This document shows positions 18,347-28,370 of a DNA stretch of 64,000 nucleotides, piece by piece. The stretch comes from Anaerolineales bacterium. Its GTDB lineage: Bacteria > Chloroflexota > Anaerolineae > Anaerolineales > RBG-16-64-43. The stretch lies in contig JBEKSY010000014.1 in assembly GCA_049516595.1 (NCBI GenBank), positions 4,016 to 68,015 of the forward strand. The letters are read 5' to 3'. The stretch's first letter is position 1. Every line of letters starts with the position of its first letter. The position numbers were made by a program, and so were the translations under genes. A model generated the notes under the pieces. It was not told the origin of the DNA, did no database searches, and worked only from the letters and a program-made list of their open reading frames with translations.

Positions 18347-19555
18347 ATGTACAAGAATCTCAAACTCCTCAGCGTCGTTGCAATTGCCACGCTCGGCTCA
18401 ATCATGGCCAGCGCTTGCTCCGCCTCGGCATTCGTTGACGGAGCGGTTCCGTCGTCTTCGCCGACCGCGGTGGCCCAGTCCGCTCCCGCGGTCGCGACCA
18501 GCGGCTCCTCCCAGAATCCGGTTGCAACCTCCGCAACGACACTGGATGCATATCAACAGGTGCTGGAGCAAGTCTACGCGCGGGTCAGCCCGTCGGTCGT
18601 GACGATCAATGTGGAGCAGAGTGCCCAAACTCCCTTCGGAGGTTCCCAGCAGGCCCTGGGGTCGGGTTTCGTGTGGGACATGCAGGGACACATCGTAACG
18701 AACAATCACGTCGTGGACGGCGCTCAAAGTGTCCAGGTAACTTTTCCAGATGGCACGACCCTGCCGGCCAAGGTCGTGGGAACCGACCCCAACACTGACC
18801 TGGCGGTCATTCAAGTCAGTGCTCCCTCGGGATTGCTTCACCCCGTGCAGCTGGGCGACTCCTCGAAGGTCGTGGTGGGCCAGATCGCAATCGCCATTGG
18901 CAATCCCTTCGGGGAGCAAAACACGATGACCGTCGGGATCATCAGTGCACTGGGGCGCAGTCTGCCGGTGCAGAGCAATTCCTTTCAGGGAGCCAGCTAC
19001 TCCATTCCCGATGTGATTCAAACGGATGCGCCCATCAACCCTGGTAACTCAGGCGGGGTCCTTCTCGACGAGAATGGCTACGTCGTCGGGGTGACCTCGG
19101 CCATTGAATCGGCCTCGCAGTCTTCTTCGGGGGTCGGCTTCGCTATCCCGGCGAGCATCGTGAGCAAGGTGGTTCCCTCGTTGATCCAGTCGGGTCAGCA
19201 CCAAACCCCCTACCTTGGGATCAGCGGCACGACCCTGACCCCAGCTCTGGCACAGGCTATGGGGCTGAATTCAAGCGCTCGAGGTGCCCTCATAGAGGAT
19301 GTCGCCCTTGGAGGGCCGGCGGCCAAGGCCGGACTGCTGGGCAGCAATCAGCCGATCACGCTGAACGGGCAGGCGGTGCGCGTGGGGGGTGATATCATCA
19401 CCGCGATCAATGGGACCGCGATTCAAGGCATGGACGACCTGCTCACGTATGTGGCCGGCTCGACTGAAGCCGGGCAGACGATCACCCTCACGGTCCAGAG
19501 AAACGGAAAACAGATGGACCTGCCCCTTACCCTGGGGGTGCGGCCAACTGCCTGA
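18347..19555 (+). CDS. HtrA/DegP-type S1C serine protease with C-terminal PDZ domain
   Basis: Catalytic triad contexts are TNNHVV (His), DLAVIQ (Asp) and GNSGGVLLD (Ser), with a C-terminal PDZ-like segment. The ATG at 18347 follows AAGGAG. The N-terminal signal ends ...MASAC. Confidence 0.9.
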   Translation: MYKNLKLLSVVAIATLGSIMASACSASAFVDGAVPSSSPTAVAQSAPAVATSGSSQNPVATSATTLDAYQQVLEQVYARVSPSVVTINVEQSAQTPFGGSQQALGSGFVWDMQGHIVTNNHVVDGAQSVQVTFPDGTTLPAKVVGTDPNTDLAVIQVSAPSGLLHPVQLGDSSKVVVGQIAIAIGNPFGEQNTMTVGIISALGRSLPVQSNSFQGASYSIPDVIQTDAPINPGNSGGVLLDENGYVVGVTSAIESASQSSSGVGFAIPASIVSKVVPSLIQSGQHQTPYLGISGTTLTPALAQAMGLNSSARGALIEDVALGGPAAKAGLLGSNQPITLNGQAVRVGGDIITAINGTAIQGMDDLLTYVAGSTEAGQTITLTVQRNGKQMDLPLTLGVRPTA

Positions 19556-19665
19556 GTGAAGACCCGGTTCACCCAGACGGGGATCCATCCCGGTAGAGAA
19601 ACAGCTGCAAACGATTCTCCCTGGCGCGTCGAATGACGTGCCAGGGAACTCAGGAGGTAGCGGAT

Positions 19666-20025
19666 ATGAACAAAGCGGTATCGATCGTTCTCATTGTGCT
19701 CGTTGTGGTTCTCGTGCTGGGAGCCGCCGCTGCGGTTATTGTCCCGCTGGCAACCCGGGCTCCTCTGGCGTATGGCTACCGAGGCATGATGGGCCCCTAT
19801 ATGATGGGTGGATTTGGGCTGGCTGGTACCTTGGTGACCTTTCTTTTCTTCCTGTTAATTGTCCTGGCCGTCGTTTCGCTCGTGCAGCCTCGGGGACGCG
19901 GTGCAGGGGGCGGAGTGCTTCCTCCGGATTTGGAAACGCCGATCGAGATTCTGAAGCGCCGCTATGCCAGGGGGGAGATCACCAAAGAGCAGTATGAGGA
20001 AATGAAACGCGAGATCGGGTCCTGA
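19666..20025 (+). CDS. SHOCT domain-containing membrane protein
   Basis: Two TM segments followed by a C-terminal LKRRYARGEITKEQYEEMKREI (SHOCT-like). A strong terminator lies 17 nt downstream. Confidence 0.7.
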   Translation: MNKAVSIVLIVLVVVLVLGAAAAVIVPLATRAPLAYGYRGMMGPYMMGGFGLAGTLVTFLFFLLIVLAVVSLVQPRGRGAGGGVLPPDLETPIEILKRRYARGEITKEQYEEMKREIGS

Positions 20026-20042
20026 CCTGGCGCAGACGCCCG

Positions 20043-20080
20043 GAGCGGCCCTGGCCTGGAATCCAGGGCCGCTCTGTCTT
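20043..20080 (+). terminator. intrinsic terminator downstream of SHOCT gene
   Basis: A 12-bp perfect stem GAGCGGCCCTGG (20043-20054) / CCAGGGCCGCTC (20063-20074) with an 8-nt loop is followed by the pyrimidine-rich TGTCTT. Confidence 0.6.
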
Positions 20081-20789
20081 CCTGATCCGTCCGTTGTGCA
20101 CCAGATGGACGGCCTTCCCCCAACCCTGTCTTCCTAAGCAAGTCCTCAGCTTGACCATGGACAGAAACTAGAGGCCACGTCAAAGGCGAGGGTGCCGCCT
20201 TGTCGAGGTCTGTCCTAGCGCCCTAACACCCAGACATGGCGGCAGCGTTGGGTATCCTGCTCTCCTGACATGCCGACGGGCAACGCACTTTGCAATGGGA
20301 AAAGGGTCCAAACGCTCGGGGGCATCTGGGCCTTCTGCTGCGCACGTCCCTCGCGGGGGATCGGCATCTCGGGGACCCAGGCCGAAGAGAAGCCGGCCAC
20401 CGCGCTGGAGGTGCGTCTGCGGACCCTCGTTCCGGGGGCTCGGAGGCCGCCGGGCAAAAATCCTTTTGCCGGCCCGATCGCTGCCGGACTCCGGGGGAGT
20501 GGACGCGGACCTGCAACGTGCCTCCTGCGTTCTTGGAGGCCGGCAAGGCATGGCTGGTATGATTCCGGACATCGCGGACGCATTGCGCGAGGCCGCGATC
20601 CCAGGAAAAATGAATGGTGCAAGGCGGCTGGCAGCGCAACCAACAACGGACGGCCACGCACAACCCAGGGGGACGTATCCGGCCTGTCGGGCCCAGCCTC
20701 GCTGCTCTTTCAAAGGATGAAGCTCCAAGCTTCTCTTCCCAACACGATTGGTCGAGGGGTGGCTATCCCATTAAGGTCCGGAGGGAGGC

Positions 20790-21542
20790 ATGAAGACTAC
20801 AGGGAACACGATCTTGATCACTGGTGGCGGAACCGGGATCGGTCTTGCCTTGGCTAGGGTCCTCTTGAAGGAAGGCAATCAAGTATTGATCTGTGGCCGA
20901 CGGAAAGAGGTTTTGGACGAGGCGCGGCGGCAGCTGCCCAACCTGCATACTCTGCAGTGCGACGTCGCCGACGCGGCAGGGAGGAAATCCCTGCAGGATT
21001 GGGCGACTCGGGGTTTCCCTGACCTGAACATCTTGGTCAACAATGCAGGTATTCAACGGCAGATCGACTTCCGCAAGGGAGTGGCAGACCTCTGGGCAGG
21101 AGAGGATGAGATCACGATCAATCTTCTCGGACCGGTACATCTCACCGCTCTATTCATCCCTCATCTCATGGAGCAGGAGTCGGCCGCGATCGTCAACATC
21201 TCCTCCGGGTTAGGCTTCATCCCATTGGCGATCATGCCGGTCTATTGCGCAACGAAGGCGGCGATCCATTCCCTCAGCCTGTCCCTGCGACACCAGTTGA
21301 GGGAAACGTCGGTCAGGGTCTTTGAGGTGATTCCCCCGACTGTGGATACGAACTTGGACAGGGGCGCCAGGCAAGGCCGAGGGCAAGCGGAAAGAGGCAT
21401 CCAGCCCGAGGAGGTCGCGACTGCCACCCTGAAAGGCTTGGCCGAAGATGAATATGAGTTGGCGATCGGGCAGGCGCAATTGCTGCGCAAGGGCTCACGG
21501 GAAGATCTGGACCAAATCTTTCAGAGGATGAACAGTCATTAG
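20790..21542 (+). CDS. SDR family oxidoreductase
   Basis: TGGGTGIG cofactor motif, NNAG, and catalytic YCATKAA (YxxxK). RBS GGAGGGAGG. Confidence 0.9.
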   Translation: MKTTGNTILITGGGTGIGLALARVLLKEGNQVLICGRRKEVLDEARRQLPNLHTLQCDVADAAGRKSLQDWATRGFPDLNILVNNAGIQRQIDFRKGVADLWAGEDEITINLLGPVHLTALFIPHLMEQESAAIVNISSGLGFIPLAIMPVYCATKAAIHSLSLSLRHQLRETSVRVFEVIPPTVDTNLDRGARQGRGQAERGIQPEEVATATLKGLAEDEYELAIGQAQLLRKGSREDLDQIFQRMNSH

Positions 21543-21831
21543 TCTTGCCTTCCAGACCCAATTCGACCAAGAAGGCACGGATGGGTCTGCGCGGAAGGTG
21601 CCTTTTCTCGGGTGTGGAGGAAGCATATTCCGGAGGGTCAGGAGGGAGATGGAGATAGGCTTCCCAGGTGGCCCCCCAGGTCCGCGCAGAACGGGGATGA
21701 GGCCTGCACCTTTCCTTTGGCGAGAGGGGGTCGGGACCGATGGTCGCTCGCGGACGTGGGGAAACCGAGCGGAATCTGCCAGCTCACCCGTGGGGATGCT
21801 ATCCGCGCCCCGGTTATCCAATGGCAAGAAC

Positions 21832-22643
21832 TCAGCATTCATCCTCGAGTTGGCCAACAGGCCCGCACACCCTTCGCCAGGTCTCTCCGCTTGATTCTTC
21901 CAGCCCAAGCGCGCCAGCCTCTTGAGTTGCCCGCGCATTGCTCCCCAATATCCCCAAGCTGACGCTCGTTCCCCTCAGCGTTCCCGCCAAGCCTTCGATG
22001 AGCCTCCCAGGCCGACCCAGGTCGGGGTGCGCTATCCAAGGCCCCACGGCTACACACTCAGCACCCACATGGCCCATGACAAACCCGAGGACTTGCCCCT
22101 GTTCCTCAAGAACGGTACAGAGCTCCGGGTAGAGCGCGAAGTTCCTGCGAAGGAAGAAGGACCGATCCGCTCCGAAGGTATCCTGGTCAAGACATTCGAC
22201 CTGATGCAGATCTTGGGCCAGCATTCCCCGGACGGCTCGGTCCGAGCCATGGCCAACCGGTCCCCCAAACCGAGGACGGCGAAGAACTTGCGGAATCCGA
22301 ATCGCTCATACATAGGAATAGCGTTCTTGTCTCCATTGAGGAGAATCCTTTCGGCGCCCTGATCCTTGAGATGCCTCAGCGCGCGCTCACAATGGGCCGA
22401 TCCAATTCCAATTCGGCGGTGCGAGGGCAGAACGATCAACTCCCCAAGAAAGCCGACGGGGCCATAGCCGACGGAAATACACAGGCCTACAGGCTCCCGC
22501 GACTCCTGGGCGACAAAGCAACCCAGGGGATCATATTCGAGGAACACCCCGAATTCGGGGCCAGTCTCGGTTCTCCAACCTTGCAATCCCGCGCAGCGGC
22601 AGGCGAACTCTATGTCGTCCGGCTGCATGGGTCGGATGTGCAC
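21832..22643 (-). pseudogene. GNAT family N-acetyltransferase (two-domain type), frameshifted
   Basis: The N-terminal GNAT domain (track ORF 22050-22742: ...GELIVLPSHRRIGIGS...MYERFGF) goes out of frame near 22225-22260. The C-terminal domain continues in another frame (ORF 21832-22224: DLHQVECLDQDTFGADRSFFL...). A CCCC run at 22226-22229 is a candidate slip site. The start is probably a GTG near 22643. Confidence 0.6.
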
Positions 22644-23082
22644 AGGCTTCACTCCTCGTGCCCAGGAGGGCAATCCTGGGGGGGGCGCGACACGAGGGGG
22701 CGAAAGCCATCTCGCCGGCAAGCGGCGCGGATAAGCCTGCACGAGCTTCGCGTGTTCTCTGGCTTGATCTTGGAGCGAGTGTCTGGACTCATCCCAGACC
22801 TGCCGCGATGAGCCAGGGACCCGGCCTCGCTGGGATGAGGGGTCATCCCTTGGCCGGAATGCCAGAGGCCAGCTTTGGATCTGCCCGAGCCCGGCCCAAC
22901 CGCAGATCCAGGTCCCCGGCCGTCATCCCGATGGGTCGGCAGGGACGGCCTGGGCGGCCCATGCCTTCCTGCCGCGATGGTCCCTCTCTTGGTCTGAAGG
23001 CGGTCACGTGCAGTTGAGACAGATGCGATCGGGGCGACTCGCCCCAGGAGGTTCTCTTGGGGGACCGCCTCTCCTTCTATTC

Positions 23083-23820
23083 TTACGAGCCAGACCTCAC
23101 TAGGCCCGGAACTGGGCGCCGCCTTTCGATGCGGACGGCCAGGAAGATGCTGGCTTCATACAAGATGACCAGGGGAACCATGACCGTGAGCGGGGCCACG
23201 ATCGGATCCGAAACGGGCGTGATGATCTCGGCAAAAACAAAAAGCGCAAAGTACGCAATGCGCCGCTGCTTCCTCAACAGATTGGAATTGAGAATGCGAA
23301 GTTGGACCAGGATGACGATCAACGTCGGCACCTGAAAGGCCAGGCCGCAGGCCAGGAGGAAGAAGGTCACGAAGGAGATGTAATCGTCCGCGGAGGGCAG
23401 GAATTGAACTTCCTTCGGGTAGAGGGCGATCAACACGCGGATCATGCCCAATAGCAGGTAGAAACCAAAGGCGGCGCCCAGCAGGAAGAGCAGCAGCGAT
23501 CCTCCCAGCAGCGGGAAGATGATCTTCCTTTCATTGGGCATCAGGCCGGGGGAGATGAAACTGTACAGTTCGTATGCCCAGACCGGGAAGGAGATCACCA
23601 CTCCCGTGTACAGGGCAATGCGCCATTTGATCATGAAGCCGTCGAGGAGACCAAAGGCCCTCAGCTGAAGGCCACCGGAGGGCAACAACAAAAGCTTCAG
23701 GATGGGGTCCGAAAAGAAAAAGCCGGCGGCCGTGACCACAAGAATCGCCAGCGCGGAGATGAGAATTCGAGTGCGGAGCTCCTCTAGATGCTCCAGGAAA
23801 GTCATCCGCTTTTCAGCCAT
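23083..23820 (-). CDS. tatC: twin-arginine translocase subunit TatC
   Basis: MTFLEHLEELRTRI... and six TM segments typical of TatC. ATG at 23820. Confidence 0.92.
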   Translation of the reverse strand: MAEKRMTFLEHLEELRTRILISALAILVVTAAGFFFSDPILKLLLLPSGGLQLRAFGLLDGFMIKWRIALYTGVVISFPVWAYELYSFISPGLMPNERKIIFPLLGGSLLLFLLGAAFGFYLLLGMIRVLIALYPKEVQFLPSADDYISFVTFFLLACGLAFQVPTLIVILVQLRILNSNLLRKQRRIAYFALFVFAEIITPVSDPIVAPLTVMVPLVILYEASIFLAVRIERRRPVPGLVRSGS

Positions 23821-23895
23821 CGAGGCCCACCGGATATCTCCAACGCCCATCTCTCGGGTACGGCGGCCCGATCGTGGCGACAGGCAGACTGGGTA

Positions 23896-24213
23896 TTACG
23901 CTGTCAGCTGCGCACCACAGTTGCTGCAGAAGCGAGCTCCGGCAGGGTTTGCGCCACCACATTGATGGCAAAAGGGACCAGTGGGTGCCGGGGGATTCGC
24001 AATACTGGTCGTGGGAGACGAGGTGGAAGGCGCGTTCGGATTTTGGCTGATCTCCTCGCGGAAGGATTCAGTCATCTCCTTGGTCCCGTTGCGGAACTCT
24101 CTGAGAGCTCGGCCCATTCCCCGCCCGATGTCAGGGAGACGTGAGGGTCCGAAGACCAGCAACGCCACGACGGCAATCACGATCAGGTGCCATGGCTGCA
24201 ATCCAAATGGCAT
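23896..24213 (-). CDS. tatA: TatA/E family twin-arginine translocase subunit fused to a C-terminal zinc ribbon
   Basis: The N-terminus WHLIVIAVVALLVFGPSRLPDIGRGMGRALREF is a TatA TM segment plus amphipathic helix. The C-terminus CHQCGGANPAGARFCSNCG (nt 23917-23970) is a CxxC...CxxC ribbon. Confidence 0.85.
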   Translation of the reverse strand: MPFGLQPWHLIVIAVVALLVFGPSRLPDIGRGMGRALREFRNGTKEMTESFREEISQNPNAPSTSSPTTSIANPPAPTGPFCHQCGGANPAGARFCSNCGAQLTA

Positions 24214-24262
24214 AAGTCCCTCCCGCAGTATCCTCAGCCGACAGGAATGCTGCCTTAAAATG

Positions 24263-24268
24263 ATTATA
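24263..24268 (-). promoter_or_regulatory. candidate -10 box upstream of tatA
   Basis: A perfect TATAAT on the minus strand about 50 nt upstream of the tatA ATG, in a local AT-rich patch. No good -35 is present. Confidence 0.3.
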
Positions 24269-24905
24269 CATCATCCCTGTTTGGGTCTTCCCTGGAGCGG
24301 AATCTGTCTCGGGGCGCAACACATGGATAGCGAGGGATCCGCTCACGAATCTGCTCACACCCTCGGGCAAGCGCGCAGTTTTGCTCAACCGGTTCCCGTA
24401 CTGCCTTCCCCGCTCAGAGAAGAGCCCAAGGCCAGGGACTCGTCGTGTCCGCCATGGGGTGCGACCCGGAAGACGCGGTGGCAAGTTCCCGCCGGGCATG
24501 GGATCCCATGTCGTGGCAAATCGTTCCCAGGCAATGCCCCGGAGGCGAGAGTTATCCCTTGGAACAGCCCTCTCTAGGTTTTTCCTTCGACGGGAACACG
24601 GGGGCCTGCGAATAAGAGCGGACGATTCGTGTCAGCCTATCAGGGCCGAGTTTCGGATTCCGCCCCCGGGTGATCGTGACCCATCGCTGCCGGACGCCGG
24701 ATCGAATTCTGCTGGATTCGTGCGATCGGGCGGCGCGGGATCTTGCGACCAAGTCCTTGGCCTTCCATATGATAATGGTGGGAGTCCGCATCCAGGTAGA
24801 CTACTGCCCGATAGGTCGGGGGTCTGGGGTGCATGTTCCGCTTTGAACTCTGGATTATGCCGCAGCCGGGGCAGCATTTTCTCGCGATGGAGGGCCAACG
24901 GCAGG

Positions 24906-25450
24906 ATGGCTCTGAGTGCTCACCGCCGTGATGTTCGGGGCAAGGATCCTGGCAACTGGGGCGCCCAGAAGAAGAAGACACTGGTTGTCTACTACTCTAA
25001 GTTTGGGAACACCCGAAAGGTTGCGTAGGCGATCAGAGGTGTTCTGCAGTCCCAGGAATCGGCCCGCTTGCTCAGTGCCGACGAGTTGGATGCGGGGGAC
25101 TTGGCCAAGGAGAACCTGGTGGTGGCCGGCAGCCCGACGCGCAAGATGAATCTGCTCCAAGAGTTGCGGCCCATCCTTAGGAGCCTGCCTCGCCAGGCCT
25201 TGAAGAGGAAGGCCTTTGGCGCTCTTGACAGCTCTGGCAGGATGTCCGGTTGGCTTCCCACTGGCTCGCCTCGAGACTCCGACATCTTGGCGACAAGCTG
25301 ATCGCCAAACCTCAGACCTTCCACGTCCGGGCGAGAAAGGGGCCGCTTTGGGAATACGAGGTTGAGAAGGACGCGAGGTGGGCAGATGAGCTCGCCCGTA
25401 TTGTTCAGGAGGATCTGATCAGAGCTGGCCTCTTAGGGCCCAAATCTTGA
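24906..25450 (+). pseudogene. flavodoxin family protein, disrupted (in-frame TAG plus frameshift)
   Basis: KTLVVYYSKFGNTRKVA is followed by TAG at 25026-25028. The same frame then continues (...LVVAGSPTRKMN...LKRKAFGALD). The C-terminal part (FHVRARKGPLWEYEVEKDARWADELA) is in a different frame from about 25230-25250. Confidence 0.6.
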
Positions 25451-25745
25451 CACCGCTAAATACCTCCGCACAGGTGCGTCATGGTCCCCGCCTCTTCCTC
25501 AAGGCGCGAGACCGACCCCAGCCGAAATGCGGAGGCCGATTCCAAGAGAGAACGGTCAGCGCGGTTGTGCCGGTGGGCTGATCTTCCCTGTGCCGCCCGG
25601 CAAGGCGAGTGGCTCGCCGGAGCGAATGCCTTCATGGCCCCCGAAGGGCATGGCACAGCGCAGGCTTCTCGCGGAGTCCCGCCTTCGCTCTTGGCAGGAG
25701 GGACATGACCGGGCAGCGTCAGGAGGATCGTGAGATAAGGATCCA

Positions 25746-26894
25746 ATGACCGACACACCACATCGAAGGCTGGCGGAGGTGGCCTGGTACTATCTGCGAC
25801 TTGGGCTCACCGCGTTCGGAGGTCCCGCGGCCCACATCGCCATGATGCATGACGAAACCGTTGTGCGGCGGAAATGGCTGACCGACCAAGAGTTTTTGGA
25901 CTTGCTTGGGGCAACGAACCTGATCCCCGGGCCCAACTCCACAGAGATGGCAATTCACATTGGTTTTCGCAGAGCCAAATGGCAGGGGCTGATCGCCGGG
26001 GGGGTATGCTTCATGCTGCCGGCCATGCTGATCGTACTCGCGTTGGCATGGTTGTACGTTCGATTCGGAAGCTTGCCTCAGGTCAGCTGGCTGTTGTACG
26101 GCGTGAAGCCCGTTGTCATCGCCATCATCGTGCAGGCTCTCTGGACCCTCGCGAGGAATGCTCTGAAAAGCTGGTTCTTGGGCTTGGTCGGGGCGACCGT
26201 CCTGGTGGCCTTCTTGCTGGGCCTCAACGCCGTCATCCTTCTCCTGGCCAGCGGGCTTGCGGCCATGTTGGTTGCCAACTGGCGTCGCAAGCGAGGGCAT
26301 CTTCCAGCCGCGATCCTGCTTCCGGTTGCCTCCGCCGGTGCCTTGGCGTCCCTTTCCTCACCCTTCAGCCTTCCTCTTCTATTCCTGACCTTTCTGAAGA
26401 TCGGCTCGGTGTTGTACGGAAGCGGCTACGTCCTCCTTGCTTTTCTTCGAGCCGATTTGGTTGTGCACCTCGGCTGGCTGACCGATCGGCAGTTGCTCGA
26501 CGCGGTGGCCGTCGGGCAGATCACTCCCGGTCCGTTGTTCACGACGGCGACATTCATTGGGTACCTTTTGGGAGGGGTGCCTGGGGCGCTGCTCGCGACC
26601 CTCGGGATCTTCCTTCCCTCCTTCTTTTTTGTGGCTGTGTCGAACCCTTTGGTCCCGCGCATGCGCAACTCGCCCTGGGTGGGCAGCCTGCTCGATGGGG
26701 TGAACGTGGCTTCTCTGGGGTTGATGGCGGCGGTAAGCGTGCAGCTGGGAGTGGCCTCTCTCACCGACCCGGTGGCCCTCCTGATTGGACTGGCTTCACT
26801 CGTGCTCCTTACCCGGTCCAAGGTCAATTCGACCTGGCTGATCGCAGGCGGGGCCCTGGTCGGTATCCTCACGAAGGCTCTCCTGCGATATTGA
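25746..26894 (+). CDS. chrA: chromate transporter (ChrA family)
   Basis: 382 aa with duplicated CHR domains. GLTAFGGPAAHIAMM...LIPGPNSTE is in the first half and QITPGPLFTTATFIGY in the second. Confidence 0.9.
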   Translation: MTDTPHRRLAEVAWYYLRLGLTAFGGPAAHIAMMHDETVVRRKWLTDQEFLDLLGATNLIPGPNSTEMAIHIGFRRAKWQGLIAGGVCFMLPAMLIVLALAWLYVRFGSLPQVSWLLYGVKPVVIAIIVQALWTLARNALKSWFLGLVGATVLVAFLLGLNAVILLLASGLAAMLVANWRRKRGHLPAAILLPVASAGALASLSSPFSLPLLFLTFLKIGSVLYGSGYVLLAFLRADLVVHLGWLTDRQLLDAVAVGQITPGPLFTTATFIGYLLGGVPGALLATLGIFLPSFFFVAVSNPLVPRMRNSPWVGSLLDGVNVASLGLMAAVSVQLGVASLTDPVALLIGLASLVLLTRSKVNSTWLIAGGALVGILTKALLRY

Positions 26895-27443
26895 CTCGTC
26901 CGTACAATTCCGGACGGCAATGAGGCCCTGGGGTCTCAGCCGCTGGACGACCCTTCTTGCCACCAGGCGAGAGCCGACCCCGGGGTTTAGTCCCCCCTGC
27001 ATATGCCATCCGCTCTGTCTCTCCCCATGGTCCCCTCTTTCTGGCGGTACAAGGTCCGGTTCGATCGCCCGGGTTGAGAGGGAAAGAGCACCAGGAGATG
27101 CTCATCTCTCGCTGGAACCTGGAGGATGGCCGTGATACGATCTCGAGGCACCAAGGGAGCGCAGCGCCCCCGGATGGTTTCCGGCCGGGTGAGGTCTGGC
27201 TTCTATCCTTTTTCCCAGAGTCTTGCCGTCGAAGTTCTGCCGTCAACCCAGGCCCAGGCATGCAAGCAGTCCTTCCGGAATCGTGGGGGGACTCCAGCCC
27301 CGGATGCGTGTGGCGTGGCCGCTGGCCATCGCGAAGGCCTGCAGGGCGCACCAGGGTTGCCGGGAGGGGATCTCAGGCATCGCCACCCCGCCAGGATTCG
27401 TCAAGGGCCTCCCACACGAGCTTCAAAGAACGCGGTCAAAGAT

Positions 27444-28370
27444 CTAGGCGACGGGCAGATCGAACAGACGCGTGCTCAGGTACTTCTCGCCACCGTCCGG
27501 GAAGAGTACGACGATCGTCCCGGTTCGAATCCTTTCCGCCAGCTTCATCGCTCCCCACAGGGCGGCCCCGGAAGAGATTCCCACGAAGAGCCCTTCGGCA
27601 CGCGCCAGTTCCCTGGCTACCCTGAAGGCCTCCTCATCATCGAGCATGATCTTCTCGTCCAGGAAAGACTCTTGGTAGATGCTGGGCACGTAAGCAGCCA
27701 TGTTCCGGAGTCCCTGGATGGCACTGCTCGCCACGGGTTCGAGCCCGACAATGGCGACCTCGGATTTGTGATCCCGCATGTAGCGAGCCACTCCCATCAA
27801 GGTGCCCCCGGTCCCCATGCCCGCCACAAAGTGGGTGACCTCGGGTACGTCCTTCAAGATTTCCGGCGCCGTGGTCAGGTAGTGGGCCTCGGGGTTAGCG
27901 TGATTGTTGAACTGGTCCAGCATGAGATAGCGATCGTCCTCCCGTGCAAGGCGTGAGGCCACTTCAATCGCCCAGTTGGTTCCCTTCGTGCCGTCGGTCA
28001 GGATGAACTTTGCCCCGAAGGCGGCCATGATCTTGCGGCGTTCGAGGCTGGTGCTCTCAGGAAGGACGGCGACGAATGGATAGCCACGAACGGCTGCGAT
28101 CATCGCCAGTCCGATGCCGGTGTTGCCGCTCGTCGCTTCGAGCAGGATTCTCTCTCCTCCCGGGCGAAGCAGGCCCTGGCGCTCGGCAGCCTCGATCATG
28201 GCCTTGCAGATCCGGTCTTTTACCGACCCTCCCGGGTTGTGTCCCTCGAGCTTAGCATAGATCCTGACCTGGGGATTGGGATTCAGGCGGCGGATCTCCA
28301 CAACGGGGGTGTTGCCAATCAGCCCCAGGAAGTCTGGCGGGGGCGATCCTAATTCTGTAGCTCTGTTCAT
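27444..28370 (-). CDS. cysteine synthase (CysK/CysM family, PLP-dependent)
   Basis: LIGNTPVVEI...KLEGHNPGGSVKDR (PLP lysine context) and GTGGT. The start was trimmed to the ATG at 28370, preceded by AGGAG. Confidence 0.9.
   Translation of the reverse strand: MNRATELGSPPPDFLGLIGNTPVVEIRRLNPNPQVRIYAKLEGHNPGGSVKDRICKAMIEAAERQGLLRPGGERILLEATSGNTGIGLAMIAAVRGYPFVAVLPESTSLERRKIMAAFGAKFILTDGTKGTNWAIEVASRLAREDDRYLMLDQFNNHANPEAHYLTTAPEILKDVPEVTHFVAGMGTGGTLMGVARYMRDHKSEVAIVGLEPVASSAIQGLRNMAAYVPSIYQESFLDEKIMLDDEEAFRVARELARAEGLFVGISSGAALWGAMKLAERIRTGTIVVLFPDGGEKYLSTRLFDLPVA

Noticed and set aside
25026-25028. In-frame TAG in the flavodoxin-like gene considered as programmed recoding (for example pyrrolysine or readthrough).
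   Set aside because: - The same gene also carries a frameshift about 200 nt downstream.
- No pyl genes are in the window.
- TAG is used as a normal stop elsewhere (for example at 48924).
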